From the NCBI GenBank assembly GCA_963734495.1, contig CAVTHK010000007.1:96001-160000 (forward strand): a stretch of DNA of 64,000 bases. Reading direction: 5' to 3'. The translations under genes and the position numbers were made by a program. Position 1 is the stretch's first letter. Each line of letters opens with the position of its first letter. Positions 30,885 through 41,030 of this stretch are shown in pieces. Source of the DNA: an uncultured Spirochaetota bacterium. GTDB lineage: Bacteria; Spirochaetota; Spirochaetia; SZUA-6; CAVTHK01. The notes below the pieces were generated by a model. It did no database searches. It was not told the DNA's origin and saw only the letters and a program-made list of their open reading frames with translations.

Positions 30885-31577
30885 TTGTCGGCTTCAGGCG
30901 GGTTCCGCGGCTTTCTGATCGATGCGGACAACACGCTGTTCGACTTCGACGCCGCCGAGCGGGACGCTCTTCTGGCCACGGTGCGGGCGCCGGCGCCTGC
31001 GCTGCTGCGCGAGTACAAGCGCATCAACGCGGCTCTCTGGGCCGACGCCGACGCGGGACGCATCAGCGTGGAAGAGCTTGCCGTCGAGCGGTTCCGGCGG
31101 CTCGCGGCGTCGCTCCGCCTGGACGCGGACCCGGCCGAGCTCGCGAGGCGGTACCTGGAGGACCTGGGCGGCCGCGCCTACCTGATCCCGGGCGCGCCGT
31201 CCGTGCTCGATCGGCTGTCGCGCAGGGCCGTGCTCGGCCTGCTTACGAACGGCATCCCGTCCGTGCAGCGCGGCAGGCTCGCCCGCTCGGGCATCGAGAT
31301 CTTCTTCCATGGGGTCTTCATTTCCGGGGAGCTCGGCATCAGCAAACCCGACCCCGCGATCTTCCACCACGCCGCCCGCGAGCTGCACCTCGCGCCGCAC
31401 GAGCTTCTGTGCGTCGGCGACAACCCCGCCGCGGACATCAGGGGCGGTCACGCGGCGGGCATGGCGACCTGCTGGGTGAACCTGCAGGCGGCCCCGTACC
31501 CTCCCGAGGAGCCGCCTCCCGATTACGTGGTCACGAGCCTGGAAGAGCTGCTTGACCTCGCGCCTCAGCCCTCCTGA
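30885..31577 (+). CDS. YjjG-like HAD nucleotidase
   Basis: DADNTLFDF, LTNG, KPDPAIF, VGDNPAADI. Confidence 0.88.
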   Translation: MSASGGFRGFLIDADNTLFDFDAAERDALLATVRAPAPALLREYKRINAALWADADAGRISVEELAVERFRRLAASLRLDADPAELARRYLEDLGGRAYLIPGAPSVLDRLSRRAVLGLLTNGIPSVQRGRLARSGIEIFFHGVFISGELGISKPDPAIFHHAARELHLAPHELLCVGDNPAADIRGGHAAGMATCWVNLQAAPYPPEEPPPDYVVTSLEELLDLAPQPS

Positions 31578-32443
31578 GCGGCCGGGACCCAGCGCTTCTC
31601 GGACGCGATGTAGCGAAGGGCATCGAGCGCGAGCACCAGCACGCGGCCCGACTCGGCCGTGAGCCGCACCTTGCGCGAGAGGATGTTCACCTCGGAAACC
31701 CTGCAGGGCTCTCCCTCCCATGTGATCCGCGCGCCTACCGACGGCGCGCGGTTCCTCTCGTCGCTGTAGTACGGGTACTCGTAGGACAGGCAGCAGAGCA
31801 GCCGGCCGCACGGGCCGGAAATCTTGGTCGAGTTCAGCGAGAGGTCCTGCTTCTTGGCCATCTTGATCGAGACCGGGTTCATCCGATCGGTGAGCTTGTG
31901 GCAGCAGAACGCCCGACCGCAGACACCGAGCCCCCCGAGCAGGCGCGACTCGTCGCGCACGCCGATCTGCCGGAGCTCGACGCGCAAGCGGAACACCTGC
32001 ACGAGGTCCTTGACCAGGTCGCGGAAGTCCACCCTCTCCTCCGCAGTGAAGAAGAACACCAGCTTCGGCTCCATGAGGAGCTGGTGGGCGCCCACGAGCT
32101 TCATCTGCAGGTTGCGCTCCGCGATCTTGTCCTGGCAGACGGCGAACGCGCTCTCGGCCTTCTTGCGGTTGCGCGATTCCTTTTCGAGGTCGTCGACGTC
32201 GGCCTTGCGATCGATCTTCAGGATCTCCTGCGTGGCCACCTCGGCGAGGCCATTGACCGTGCCCAGCACGACGCCGAGCGCCTTGCCGTAGCGGGTGGGC
32301 ACGATCACGTGGTCGCCCCTCGATATCGCCTCGTCGGACACCGTGTACTCGACGGCGCTCGAGTGCAGCACCTTGACCCTGTACACGGGCGACCCGGCGA
32401 GCGCCGCGCGGCCGGTCCGCGCGCCTGTTTCATGCTCTTTCAT
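31565..32443 (-). CDS. PSP1-domain (YaaT/RicT-like) protein
   Basis: RVDFRDLVK, ELRQIGVRDE, CGRAFCC, SGPCGRLLCCL. Confidence 0.92.
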   Translation of the reverse strand: MKEHETGARTGRAALAGSPVYRVKVLHSSAVEYTVSDEAISRGDHVIVPTRYGKALGVVLGTVNGLAEVATQEILKIDRKADVDDLEKESRNRKKAESAFAVCQDKIAERNLQMKLVGAHQLLMEPKLVFFFTAEERVDFRDLVKDLVQVFRLRVELRQIGVRDESRLLGGLGVCGRAFCCHKLTDRMNPVSIKMAKKQDLSLNSTKISGPCGRLLCCLSYEYPYYSDERNRAPSVGARITWEGEPCRVSEVNILSRKVRLTAESGRVLVLALDALRYIASEKRWVPAAQEG

Positions 32444-32447
32444 CGTC

Positions 32448-32926
32448 TTACGTCACGAGGTCCACGAGGAGGCCGCGGATCTCGTCGATCCGCCGGAGGA
32501 TCTCCATCTGATCAGCCTGGCCGGCCAGGACCGCCGACGCCAGGCTCTCGAGCTTCCGGTCGATCACCTCGACCACGGTGAACTTCTTGCGCTTGAGGAT
32601 GTTCCCGCCGGAAACATGCTCCTCCACTTCGAGGGCGTGCTTGACCACGTAGGCGAGGAATCGTTTGACGGATTCCCTGAACACCCTGATGTTTTCCAGA
32701 GACTGCGATTCGTGCAGCCGCTCTCCGCTCTCGTTGACCTCGTCGAGCAGCTCTTCGAGCGCCTCGCCGGCTTCGGGCGAGTCCAGAAGGCTCGAGAACT
32801 CCGCCTCGCGCCGCGCTCGGAGGCGCGCAGCAGAGAGCCGCCGACGCGGCGTCTCTTCTCGACCTTCTTTCGGCGCTCCGGCTCGCGGTGCGGGAAAGCG
32901 GAACCCAGCGAATCTACCCGATCCAT
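32448..32926 (-). CDS. YaaR/DUF327 family protein (apparent frameshift, ~32808)
   Basis: LLDEVNESGERL...IDEIRGLLVDL; N-terminus lies in another frame. Confidence 0.8.
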
Positions 32927-32957
32927 TGCTTCCCCACCCGAGAGGAGGGCCCCGGCC

Positions 32958-33398
32958 TCAGCGGCCGGCGACGCTCTCGATCTCGCGCCTGCCGGCGCCT
33001 GCGGCCCGCCTTGCGCCCGCGGGTTTCGCCTCCGGCATTTCGGGCTGCTCCGCGAGCCCCGTCACGAGGCAGGTGCCGTTGAGGATCACTCCCTCTTCCA
33101 CGACCAGGCGCGGCGCGTGGATGTTGCCCATGAGCATGCCGGTCGACAGGATGATGACCCGGTCGGTGCAGTAGATGTTGCCGAGCACCACGCCGCCGAC
33201 GACGACGGTCTCGGCGTAGATGTTGCACCGCGCGCGGCCGTTGAGGCCGACCAGGATCTTTCCGGGGGTGCGGATCGTCCCCATGAAATCGCCGTCGATC
33301 CGCAGCAGCCCGTTGACTTCGAGCTCGCCCTTGAACCGCGTGCCCTCGCCGATGATGGAGTTCAGCAGGGTGGAGTCTGCTACGTGGTTGTCGCTCAT
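32958..33398 (-). CDS. Bactofilin
   Basis: SIIGEGTRFKG, LRIDGDF, VEEGVILNG. Confidence 0.92.
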   Translation of the reverse strand: MSDNHVADSTLLNSIIGEGTRFKGELEVNGLLRIDGDFMGTIRTPGKILVGLNGRARCNIYAETVVVGGVVLGNIYCTDRVIILSTGMLMGNIHAPRLVVEEGVILNGTCLVTGLAEQPEMPEAKPAGARRAAGAGRREIESVAGR

Positions 33399-33401
33399 GA
33401 T

Positions 33402-34442
33402 CTACTTGCTGAAGGACTTTTCCACCAGAGGGCTCTTGATGTCAAGGAAGGCCATGGGGTCGACGATCTGCGTGCCGATGTGCACCTCGTAGTGCAGGTG
33501 CGGGCCGGTCGAGAGGCCGGTGTTGCCGATGTAGCCCAGGATCTGGCCCCGCGACACCGTCTGTCCCTGGCGCACGGCGAACCGACTGAGATGGCCGTAC
33601 ACCGTCGTAAAGCCGTAGCTGTGGCGCACGTCGACCCGGTTGCCCAGGCCGTTGGGCTCGAACGCGATGGCCTGCACCTTGCCGTTGGCGGTGGCCAGAA
33701 CGGGCGTTCCGGGGCTCCACGCGATGTCGACGCCGTTGTGCAGGCGGAATGCGTGGGTGAACGGCTGTTCTTCGGGCCCGAAGACCGCCGTGATGTTGCC
33801 CTTGCCTCCGCTCACAGGCCAGAGCGTCGGGATGTCGACGAGCAGATCCTTCTGCGCCTTGAGCAGACCCGACATCTGCTCCAGCGGCGCATCTATGCTC
33901 GCCAGGTAAGCCCGGAGGCGCCGGAGCTCGCTGATCTCGCGCGAAGTGCCCTCCTCGAAGGACTCCGCGCCTAGGAACGAGGAGAGGTCGCCGCCGCGGC
34001 CGCCCTTGGAGTATTGCTCCGCCTCGTCGGGGCCGAGGTACTGCAGCAGCCCTCCCATCTGGTAGCGGAACTGCTTCCAGACGCGCTCGAGATTGATGAT
34101 CTCCTCCCGGAGCGTGTCCAGGTTGGTCTCGGCTGTGTTGAGGCTGGCCGACACGCGCGTTATCTGCCGGCTCGCGCTGGTGAAATGCGTCGAGAGCAGG
34201 AAGAACGCGACGATGAGGACCACGAGCAGGGCGAACAGGAAGACAAGGGAAAAGACCGATATGTGGAAATTGAAGATCTTCTTCTCGGAATGCGGGATGA
34301 ACATGACCGTGAAGCGCTGCCGGCCCTTGCGGAAGATGAGGCGAAAGAACGCGAGGACCGATCCGAAAAACGCCCGCAGACGACCGGAGAGGTCGTTGAC
34401 GACATCCTTTTCGAATTTCTTATAGTCATGAGCAGGCGACAC
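33402..34442 (-). CDS. M23 family peptidoglycan endopeptidase with TM anchor and coiled coil
   Basis: HNGVD, YGHL, STGPHLHYE; GTG start with GGGAG. Confidence 0.93.
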   Translation of the reverse strand: MSPAHDYKKFEKDVVNDLSGRLRAFFGSVLAFFRLIFRKGRQRFTVMFIPHSEKKIFNFHISVFSLVFLFALLVVLIVAFFLLSTHFTSASRQITRVSASLNTAETNLDTLREEIINLERVWKQFRYQMGGLLQYLGPDEAEQYSKGGRGGDLSSFLGAESFEEGTSREISELRRLRAYLASIDAPLEQMSGLLKAQKDLLVDIPTLWPVSGGKGNITAVFGPEEQPFTHAFRLHNGVDIAWSPGTPVLATANGKVQAIAFEPNGLGNRVDVRHSYGFTTVYGHLSRFAVRQGQTVSRGQILGYIGNTGLSTGPHLHYEVHIGTQIVDPMAFLDIKSPLVEKSFSK

Positions 34443-34513
34443 GAGGTTCTCCCGTGGCAGTCTGGAGCCCGCAGGCGCCGTGCAGCCTGATACGAACCCC
34501 CAGTTTGAGCGAC

Positions 34514-34542
34514 ATACTAACAAACGCCCCCACGCTTGTCAA
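34514..34542 (-). promoter_or_regulatory. Putative sigma70 promoter of the M23 operon
   Basis: TTGACA-17 nt-TAGTAT. Confidence 0.7.
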
Positions 34543-34606
34543 ACCGAGCTCTCCCCGCCGCCACGGCGCGACCCCGTCCCCACCTCCGACGCGGTCAGGT
34601 CAAAGG

Positions 34607-34635
34607 TTGACTTCCAGCACGCCATGGGCTATCAT
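34607..34635 (+). promoter_or_regulatory. Putative sigma70 promoter of tatD
   Basis: TTGACT-17 nt-TATCAT. Confidence 0.7.
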
Positions 34636-34692
34636 CGTTCAAAACTACCGGACGACGCCGCTTCTTCTAATATCGTCAAGCACTGGAGTGAT

Positions 34693-35466
34693 ATGCAGCT
34701 CTTCGACACGCACGCTCACATAGGGCTGATTCATGAAGACCCGATCGAGCAACTCATAGTAGTTCAGGAAGCCAAGCAGGCCGGCGTCGCCAGGATCCTC
34801 AGCATCGCCAACAACCTGCGCGACTTCCAGCAGGTGTACGAGAATCTGCGAACGGCGGACCATGTCTACTACGCGGTAGGGGTGTCGCCGTCCGAGGTGG
34901 TGAACCCCGGCGATGACTGGGAAGCCCGTATTGAAGAAGGCGCCCGCCGCGACAGAGTGCTCGCCATCGGCGAGACGGGCCTGGACTACTATCGCAAGTT
35001 CGGGAGCCGGGACTCGCAGATCGAGCTCTTCATCCGGCAGCTCGACATCGCGCATCGTCTCGACAAGCCGGTGGTCATCCACAACCGCGAGGCCGGGTCC
35101 GACGTCCTCGAGATCCTCAAGGAGAGGCTGCCCCGAAGGGGCGGAGTGCTCCACTGCTACTCCGAGGGCTGGGACTACGCGCGAAAGGCTCTGGATCTGA
35201 ACCTCTACATCTCGTTCGCCGGGAACGTCACGTACCGCAACGCCCGCAACCTGCACGAGACGGCCAAGAACATGCCGATCGAGCGCATGCTGATGGAGAC
35301 GGAGGCGCCGTTCATGGTGCCCTCGGCTCAGCGGGGCAAGCGCAACCGCCCCTCGTTCCTGGTCGAGACGGCCGTCTTCCTCGCGGAGCTCCGCGGGATG
35401 ACGCCGGACGCGCTGGCGGAGACGGTGTTCGCGAACTCCAACCGCCTCTTCGGATTGCCGGCCTGA
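34693..35466 (+). CDS. tatD: TatD family nuclease
   Basis: FDTHAH, IGETGLDY, IHNREA, LHCYS; ETE in place of the usual ETD. Confidence 0.92.
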   Translation: MQLFDTHAHIGLIHEDPIEQLIVVQEAKQAGVARILSIANNLRDFQQVYENLRTADHVYYAVGVSPSEVVNPGDDWEARIEEGARRDRVLAIGETGLDYYRKFGSRDSQIELFIRQLDIAHRLDKPVVIHNREAGSDVLEILKERLPRRGGVLHCYSEGWDYARKALDLNLYISFAGNVTYRNARNLHETAKNMPIERMLMETEAPFMVPSAQRGKRNRPSFLVETAVFLAELRGMTPDALAETVFANSNRLFGLPA

Positions 35467-35477
35467 GCGCGGTCGAC

Positions 35478-35619
35478 GGCCTGGCGCTTGTACCTCCATG
35501 TGCGCGCCAGGCCCGGGACATCACCATGCCGCCTTGCCCGGGCGCTCTACGTCCCCGGTGAGTACACCGGGCCAAGGCGCCTGCAGCGCCCGGGCCCGCG
35601 ACCTCCCCGTCGCTTGACC
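35478..35619. repeat. Degenerate hairpin-family element between tatD and purF
   Basis: CCCGGTG-AGTA-CACCGGG then CCAAGGCGCCTGC (cf. CCAAAGCGCCTGC at 48051); ends GCGAC-CTCCCC-GTCGC-TTGACC. Confidence 0.75.
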
Positions 35620-35661
35620 ACCGTCGGCGTCGGGTGGTAGATACTAGGGCGGGGAGATTCT

Positions 35662-37056
35662 TTGGGTCAGATCAGGCACTTCTGCGGGATCGCGGGCCTG
35701 AGGTCCGATAGGCCGATCAACGTTCCGGAGAAGCTCTTCTACCTCCTGTTCTCGCTGCAGCACCGCGGGCAGGAAAGCTGCGGCATCTGCTACGAGCGCG
35801 ACGGCCGCCTCGTCACGTACAAGGACGTCGGGATGGTCTCGGACGTCCTGTCCAAGTACCTCGGCGGGCCGCACCTGTCCCGCGTCGGCATCGGGCACGT
35901 GCGCTACTCCACCCAGGGGACCAACAAGATCGAGAACGCCCAGCCGATCACGATCCAGAGCAACAAGGGCGCCTTCTCGCTCGCGCACAACGGCAACATC
36001 TCGAACTCCACGGCGCTGCGCCGCGAGCTGTTCGAGGCCGGCTCCATCTTCCAGGGCAGCTCCGACACCGAGCTCATCCTCCACATGATCGCCCGCTCGC
36101 GCGAGGCGACCTTTCACGAGGCTCTCATCGAGGTTCTGGGGCAGCTCGAGGGCGCCTTCAACCTCATCGTGATTCACGAAGGCAGTCTGTACGCGCTGCG
36201 CGATCCCGGCGGCTTCCGCCCGCTCGTGGTCGGGGAGAGAGAGGGGCAGTTCGTCGTCGCCTCGGAGACCTGCGCCCTCGACATCCTCGGCGTTCAGGAG
36301 CGGCGGGAGGTGGAGCCCGGCGAGCTGCTCGTCATCGACGACCGGGGCATCCACTCGGAGCGCTTCGCCGTGCCGCGGCCGCGGTCGGCCTGCATCTTCG
36401 AGCTCATCTATTTCGCGAGGCCCGATTCGATCGTCTTCAGCCAGTCGGTGCACCTGGCGCGCGAGCGCATGGGCGCCGCGCTCGCCAAGGACGACCCGTT
36501 CCGGACGGACATGGTGATCTCGGTGCCCGACTCGGGGACGAGCGCGGCGCTCGGCTACTCGAAGGCGGCCGGGATCCCGCTCGAGTTCGGCTTCATGCGC
36601 AATCACTACGCCGGCCGCACATTCATCCAGCCGACGACCCCGGCCAGGGAGCTCGGCGTCCGGATGAAGCTGCACCCGGTGCGCGAGGTCGTCCAGGGCA
36701 AACGGGTCACGATCGTGGACGACTCCCTCGTGCGGGGCACCACCGCCAGGATCATCGTCAAGCTCCTGCGCGAGGCCGGGGCGCGCGAAGTGCACTTGCG
36801 CCTCTCGGCCCCCGAGCTCGTCAACCCCTGCTACTTCGGCATCGACATCCCGACCCGCGAGGAGCTTATCTCGAACCGTTTGAGCCCGGAGGAGATCGCG
36901 CGTGAGATCGGGGCGGATTCCGTGCGCTTCCTCTCCCTGCGCGCCCTGCTCGCGTGCTTCGACGAGTCCGATGGCTTCTGCCACGCCTGTTTCAGCGGGC
37001 GTTACCCCATAGCCGTGGAGGGGAGCGATGCCAGACATGCCGCCGCGAAGCTATAG
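35662..37056 (+). CDS. purF: Amidophosphoribosyltransferase
   Basis: CGIAG, QHRGQE, GHVRYST, VDDSLVRGTT, C-terminal CHAC. Confidence 0.97.
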   Translation: MGQIRHFCGIAGLRSDRPINVPEKLFYLLFSLQHRGQESCGICYERDGRLVTYKDVGMVSDVLSKYLGGPHLSRVGIGHVRYSTQGTNKIENAQPITIQSNKGAFSLAHNGNISNSTALRRELFEAGSIFQGSSDTELILHMIARSREATFHEALIEVLGQLEGAFNLIVIHEGSLYALRDPGGFRPLVVGEREGQFVVASETCALDILGVQERREVEPGELLVIDDRGIHSERFAVPRPRSACIFELIYFARPDSIVFSQSVHLARERMGAALAKDDPFRTDMVISVPDSGTSAALGYSKAAGIPLEFGFMRNHYAGRTFIQPTTPARELGVRMKLHPVREVVQGKRVTIVDDSLVRGTTARIIVKLLREAGAREVHLRLSAPELVNPCYFGIDIPTREELISNRLSPEEIAREIGADSVRFLSLRALLACFDESDGFCHACFSGRYPIAVEGSDARHAAAKL

Positions 37057-37996
37057 GGAGGCCGGGGTCGACATCGATCGGGCCGACAGCCTGGTCGATT
37101 TCATCAAGGGCCTGAAGTCGCGCGCGATCTCGTCCCAGATCGGCGGCTTTTCGGGGGCCGTTCCCCTCAGCCTGAAAGGCATCAAGGACCCGCTCCTGCT
37201 CACCACCTGTGACGGCGTCGGGACGAAGCTGCTCGTGGCCAGGCATCTCGGCCGCTACGATACCGTCGGCATCGACCTCGTCGCCATGTCCGTCAACGAC
37301 CTGGCCGTCTGCGGCGCGGATCCCATTTCGTTCCAGGACTACATCGCGTGCGGCCGCCTCGACGAAACGATCCTGGAACCGGTCCTGCGAGGCATCGCGG
37401 CCGGGTGCGAGCTGGCCGATTGCCCTCTCACCGGCGGCGAGACCGCGGAGCTGCCCGGGATGTACGCGGACGGCGACATCGACCTCGCCGGGTTCTGCGC
37501 GGGCGTCGTCGACCGCTCGGCCCTCCTGCCCCGGCTTTCGGAGATCCGCGAAGGGGACGCGGTCCTTGCCATCCCGTCGACGGGCATCCACTCCAACGGG
37601 TTCTCGCTCGCGCGCAAGGTCCTGGACCCCGACACCGAGTGGGCCGAGCTGCTCACACCGACACGCATCTACGTGCGGGAGCTGCGCGCCCTGCGCGCGA
37701 CGGGCGCGCTTCTCGCCGCGGCCCACATCACCGGCAGCGGGTTGGAGGGCAACATTCCGCGCGTGCTTCCCCCGGGGCTCACCGCCGACCTCGACTACAG
37801 GTGGCCTGTCCCGGAGGTTTTCGGACGCATCCAGCGCAAGGGGCGCATCTCCGACGAGGAGATGCGGCGGGTGTTCAACCTCGGGCTGGGCATCGTGCTG
37901 GTCACACCGGCGGCGTCCGTCCCACGCATGCACCAGGCCGCGGAAAAGGCGGGCTTCTCTCTGCTGGAGGCCGGCCGCATCGCGGCAGTTCGATAG
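37028..37996 (+). CDS. purM: AIR synthetase
   Basis: YREAGVDI, DGVGTK, GGETAELP, HSNGFSL. Confidence 0.97.
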   Translation: MPDMPPRSYREAGVDIDRADSLVDFIKGLKSRAISSQIGGFSGAVPLSLKGIKDPLLLTTCDGVGTKLLVARHLGRYDTVGIDLVAMSVNDLAVCGADPISFQDYIACGRLDETILEPVLRGIAAGCELADCPLTGGETAELPGMYADGDIDLAGFCAGVVDRSALLPRLSEIREGDAVLAIPSTGIHSNGFSLARKVLDPDTEWAELLTPTRIYVRELRALRATGALLAAAHITGSGLEGNIPRVLPPGLTADLDYRWPVPEVFGRIQRKGRISDEEMRRVFNLGLGIVLVTPAASVPRMHQAAEKAGFSLLEAGRIAAVR

Positions 37997-38051
37997 GACC
38001 GGCGGGGTCCGGCTTCGCGCCGCCGTTCGGTCAATTCTGGAGGTACGCACA

Positions 38052-39305
38052 TTGAGGGCACTCATAGTCGGATCGGGCGCGCGCGAGCACGCCCTGGCCT
38101 GGGCCTTCTCGAAAAGCACGCGGCTCTCGGCCCTCTACATAGCTCCCGGCAACGCGGGCACCGCGGAGGTCGGCACGAACATCCCTGACCTCGACCCGCT
38201 CACCTTCAGGTCCGTGGTCGACGCGTGCAGGGAGCACCAGATCACCGCCGTGATCGTAGGTCCCGAGGACCCCCTGGCTGCCGGCCTGGTGGACGAGCTC
38301 ACGGCTTCGGGGATCCCCGTCCTCGGCCCCCCGCGCCGGGCGGCGCAGCTGGAGGCGAGCAAGGTCTTCTCCAAGCAGTTCATGCAGCGCCATCGGATCC
38401 CGACGGCCGCGGCGGCCACGGTGACGAAGCGCCAGGATCTGGAGGCGGCGCTCGAGCGGCTGCAGGGCACCGCCGTGCTCAAGCAGGACGGCCTGGCGGC
38501 GGGCAAGGGCGTGCTCGCCTCCGACGACAGGTCCATGCTCTATGAGTTCGGCAAGGAGGCGCTGGAGAAGGGTCCTGTGCTCGTCGAGGAGTTCCTCGAG
38601 GGATACGAGCTGTCGGTCTTCGTCCTGATGGACGGCGACAACTTCTCCCTGCTCCCGCCATGCGCCGACTTCAAAAAGGCGGGCGAGGGAGACACGGGTC
38701 CCAACACCGGCGGGATGGGCTCCATCTGTCCCGTGCCGTGGGTCGAGAACGCGGTGATCAACGAGATAGAGACCCGCGTCGTGATGCCCACGCTCGCTGG
38801 CATGAAGGAAGAGGGGCTCGCCTACAAGGGCATCCTCTACTGCGGGCTGATGGTCACGAAGAAGGGTCCGAGGGTCCTCGAGTACAACGTGCGCCTCGGC
38901 GACCCCGAGACGCAGGCCCTCCTCCCGCTGATCCAGTCGGATTTCGGGAACCTCGTCGACGCGCTCCTCGGCGGAACGCTCATCAAGTTCGGCATTTCGT
39001 TCAAGCCGCTCGCCGCCACGGCTGTCGTGGTCGCCAGCGCGGGCTACCCCGGACCCTATCGGAAAGGGGTGCCGGTGGAGGGCGTCCCGCAGCCCGGCGA
39101 GAACGAGGGGCTCCTCTTCCACGCCACGACGCTCGCGGATCGCCTGGGCCGGCTCCTGACCGGCGGGGGCCGTTGTTTCACGGTGGTAGGCCTGGGGAAC
39201 GACACCATGAGCGCCACGGAAAAAGCCTACGCCCTGGCACCGCAGGTCCGCTTCGAGGGCGCCTGGTTCAGGCCCGACATCGGCCGCAAGCTGTACGCGG
39301 AGTGA
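38052..39305 (+). CDS. purD: Phosphoribosylamine-glycine ligase
   Basis: GSGAREHA, GLAAGKGV, GPNTGGMG, EYNVRLGDPE; TTG start after GGAGG. Confidence 0.97.
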   Translation: MRALIVGSGAREHALAWAFSKSTRLSALYIAPGNAGTAEVGTNIPDLDPLTFRSVVDACREHQITAVIVGPEDPLAAGLVDELTASGIPVLGPPRRAAQLEASKVFSKQFMQRHRIPTAAAATVTKRQDLEAALERLQGTAVLKQDGLAAGKGVLASDDRSMLYEFGKEALEKGPVLVEEFLEGYELSVFVLMDGDNFSLLPPCADFKKAGEGDTGPNTGGMGSICPVPWVENAVINEIETRVVMPTLAGMKEEGLAYKGILYCGLMVTKKGPRVLEYNVRLGDPETQALLPLIQSDFGNLVDALLGGTLIKFGISFKPLAATAVVVASAGYPGPYRKGVPVEGVPQPGENEGLLFHATTLADRLGRLLTGGGRCFTVVGLGNDTMSATEKAYALAPQVRFEGAWFRPDIGRKLYAE

Positions 39306-39323
39306 TTCGCGCGCCGGGCGGCG

Positions 39324-40112
39324 CTACCGCGCGTCCGTCGGCGGCTGTTTGCCCGCGCCGGCGGCGCGCGGCTTCCGGCTCGCAGCGCCCGCGGCGTGCT
39401 TCTGCTGGCGACGCACCTCGTACATGAGGATGGCCGCGGCCACGGACACGTTGAAGGAATCGACGTGCCCGGAAGCCGGGATCCCCAGCAGCCGGTCGCA
39501 GGATTCTCTGACCAGCCTGTGGAGACCGCCGCCCTCCGCGCCCAGCGCCAACGCGACGCGGCCGCGAAGGTCGACGCCCGCGGGGTCTTCCCCCCCGGCC
39601 TCGGCCCCGTAGACCCAGAAGCCCGCCTCTTTCAGGGTGGCGACAGCCTGGGCGAGATTGGCGACCGAGACGATCGGCACCCACTCGACGGCGCCGGCGC
39701 TGGTCGTGCGGACGGCCTGCGTTTCGTGGGCGCTGCGACGGTGCGTCGTCACGATCGCGTCCACTCCGAAGAGGTCCGCCGAGCGCACGATGGCGCCGAG
39801 ATTTCTCGGATCGGTCACGGTGTCCATCAGCAGGACGAGCGACTGCTCGCCCGAGCGCGCGGCAACCTCCCGGAGCGAGGCACCGGGCCGGGCGCCCTCG
39901 GGGGCGAGGAGCACGATGCCCCTGTGCTCATCGCGCGGGGCGTGCCGGTCCAGCTCCCCGAGCGCAACCCGCTTGACGGCGATCCCCCGCCGCCCGGCCA
40001 GCTCCGCGAGCCGCTCGATCCTCGGCGAGGTGCGGCCGACGAGCAGGACCCCGCCTGCCCCGCCGCGGTCCAGTGCCGCCTCGATCGCATGGTAGCCGGT
40101 GATCGGCGTCAT
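39324..40112 (-). CDS. rlmB: RlmB/TrmH family rRNA methyltransferase
   Basis: DPRNLGAIVRSA, GAEGGGL, SFNVSVA. Confidence 0.88.
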   Translation of the reverse strand: MTPITGYHAIEAALDRGGAGGVLLVGRTSPRIERLAELAGRRGIAVKRVALGELDRHAPRDEHRGIVLLAPEGARPGASLREVAARSGEQSLVLLMDTVTDPRNLGAIVRSADLFGVDAIVTTHRRSAHETQAVRTTSAGAVEWVPIVSVANLAQAVATLKEAGFWVYGAEAGGEDPAGVDLRGRVALALGAEGGGLHRLVRESCDRLLGIPASGHVDSFNVSVAAAILMYEVRRQQKHAAGAASRKPRAAGAGKQPPTDAR

Positions 40113-40534
40113 TTTCTCTTCGTGTAGTCCTTGATCACGTCCATGATCCCGTCGAAGTCGCTGTCGCGCTCCATCTTCTCGATGTAAAGGCCGTCTTTGA
40201 GGTAGACCCGCAGGTCGATCTTCCCGTCGAAGTTGCTGTCGACTTCCCGGCGCTTGAGCTTCCCGCCTTCATAAAAATAGAAGTCATCCATCGCGCCGTC
40301 CAGGTTGTAGTCGTATTCCTCGGTTTCGAGGCGGTCGGCGCCGGCGTACTTGACCAGAGCGTCGACGCGGCCGTCGAAGTTGGTGTCGGCCCGGTACTCC
40401 ACCAGCTGTCCGTTGGCGATCACGAACCAGTGGTCGGGCTTGCCGTCGCCGTTTTCGTCGCTCGTGCGAAGCTCAGTGGCCAGAGCGGAGGCCGCGGCGA
40501 GGACGAGCCCGAGGCCGATGATGACCTTCCTCAA
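40109..40534 (-). CDS. Exported protein with five Dx(N/D)xDGxxD repeats
   Basis: Signal peptide; DENGDGKPD, DTNFDGRVD, DYNLDGAMD, DSNFDGKID, DSDFDGIMD. Confidence 0.85.
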   Translation of the reverse strand: MRKVIIGLGLVLAAASALATELRTSDENGDGKPDHWFVIANGQLVEYRADTNFDGRVDALVKYAGADRLETEEYDYNLDGAMDDFYFYEGGKLKRREVDSNFDGKIDLRVYLKDGLYIEKMERDSDFDGIMDVIKDYTKRK

Positions 40535-40661
40535 GATGGCTCCTTTCTGCGGGCGGTCTGCCCTGGATGTCCGGAGACGCCGGTCCCCGACGCACTCATA
40601 TGATCGACAGTCGTCCCCATTAGGAATAGCGCGCGAGAGGCGCGCGGAGCGAATCGCCTCC

Positions 40662-41030
40662 TCAGGGAAGAAGGTCGAGGAGCATCCGGTAGAGCTCCGG
40701 GCTCGCGTGGGCCCGCGCGCTCTCCATGAGCGGCGGGATCTGCTTTTCTATCTTGCGGTAAGCGATCACGCTGCGCGACGGGTCGTAGCGGCGCAGCTGT
40801 CCCTTGATCCGCGTGACCGATGGCCCGAATCGTTTCATGTAGCCCGCGACCGCTTCGGCCGCCCGCTCGCGGTCGCCGACGGGCGTCCGCTCGATCAGCC
40901 GCTCGACCGCGGCCACATGCCGCGCGAGCTGCCGCTCGGGGTCCCCGGGCGACAGCGGCTGCACGAGCAGCCCCAAGCCGATGCCCACCGCGAGATAGAT
41001 CCTGCCTGCCCCGTCCAGCACCTCAGCCAC
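40662..41030 (-). CDS. Hypothetical protein
   Basis: 122-aa ORF overlapping the upstream stop, same strand as operon. Confidence 0.55.
   Translation of the reverse strand: MAEVLDGAGRIYLAVGIGLGLLVQPLSPGDPERQLARHVAAVERLIERTPVGDRERAAEAVAGYMKRFGPSVTRIKGQLRRYDPSRSVIAYRKIEKQIPPLMESARAHASPELYRMLLDLLP

Noticed and set aside
35467-35661. Purine or ZTP riboswitch ahead of purF
   Set aside because: No recognisable consensus; the region is repeat-family hairpins and the putative promoter lies too near the start
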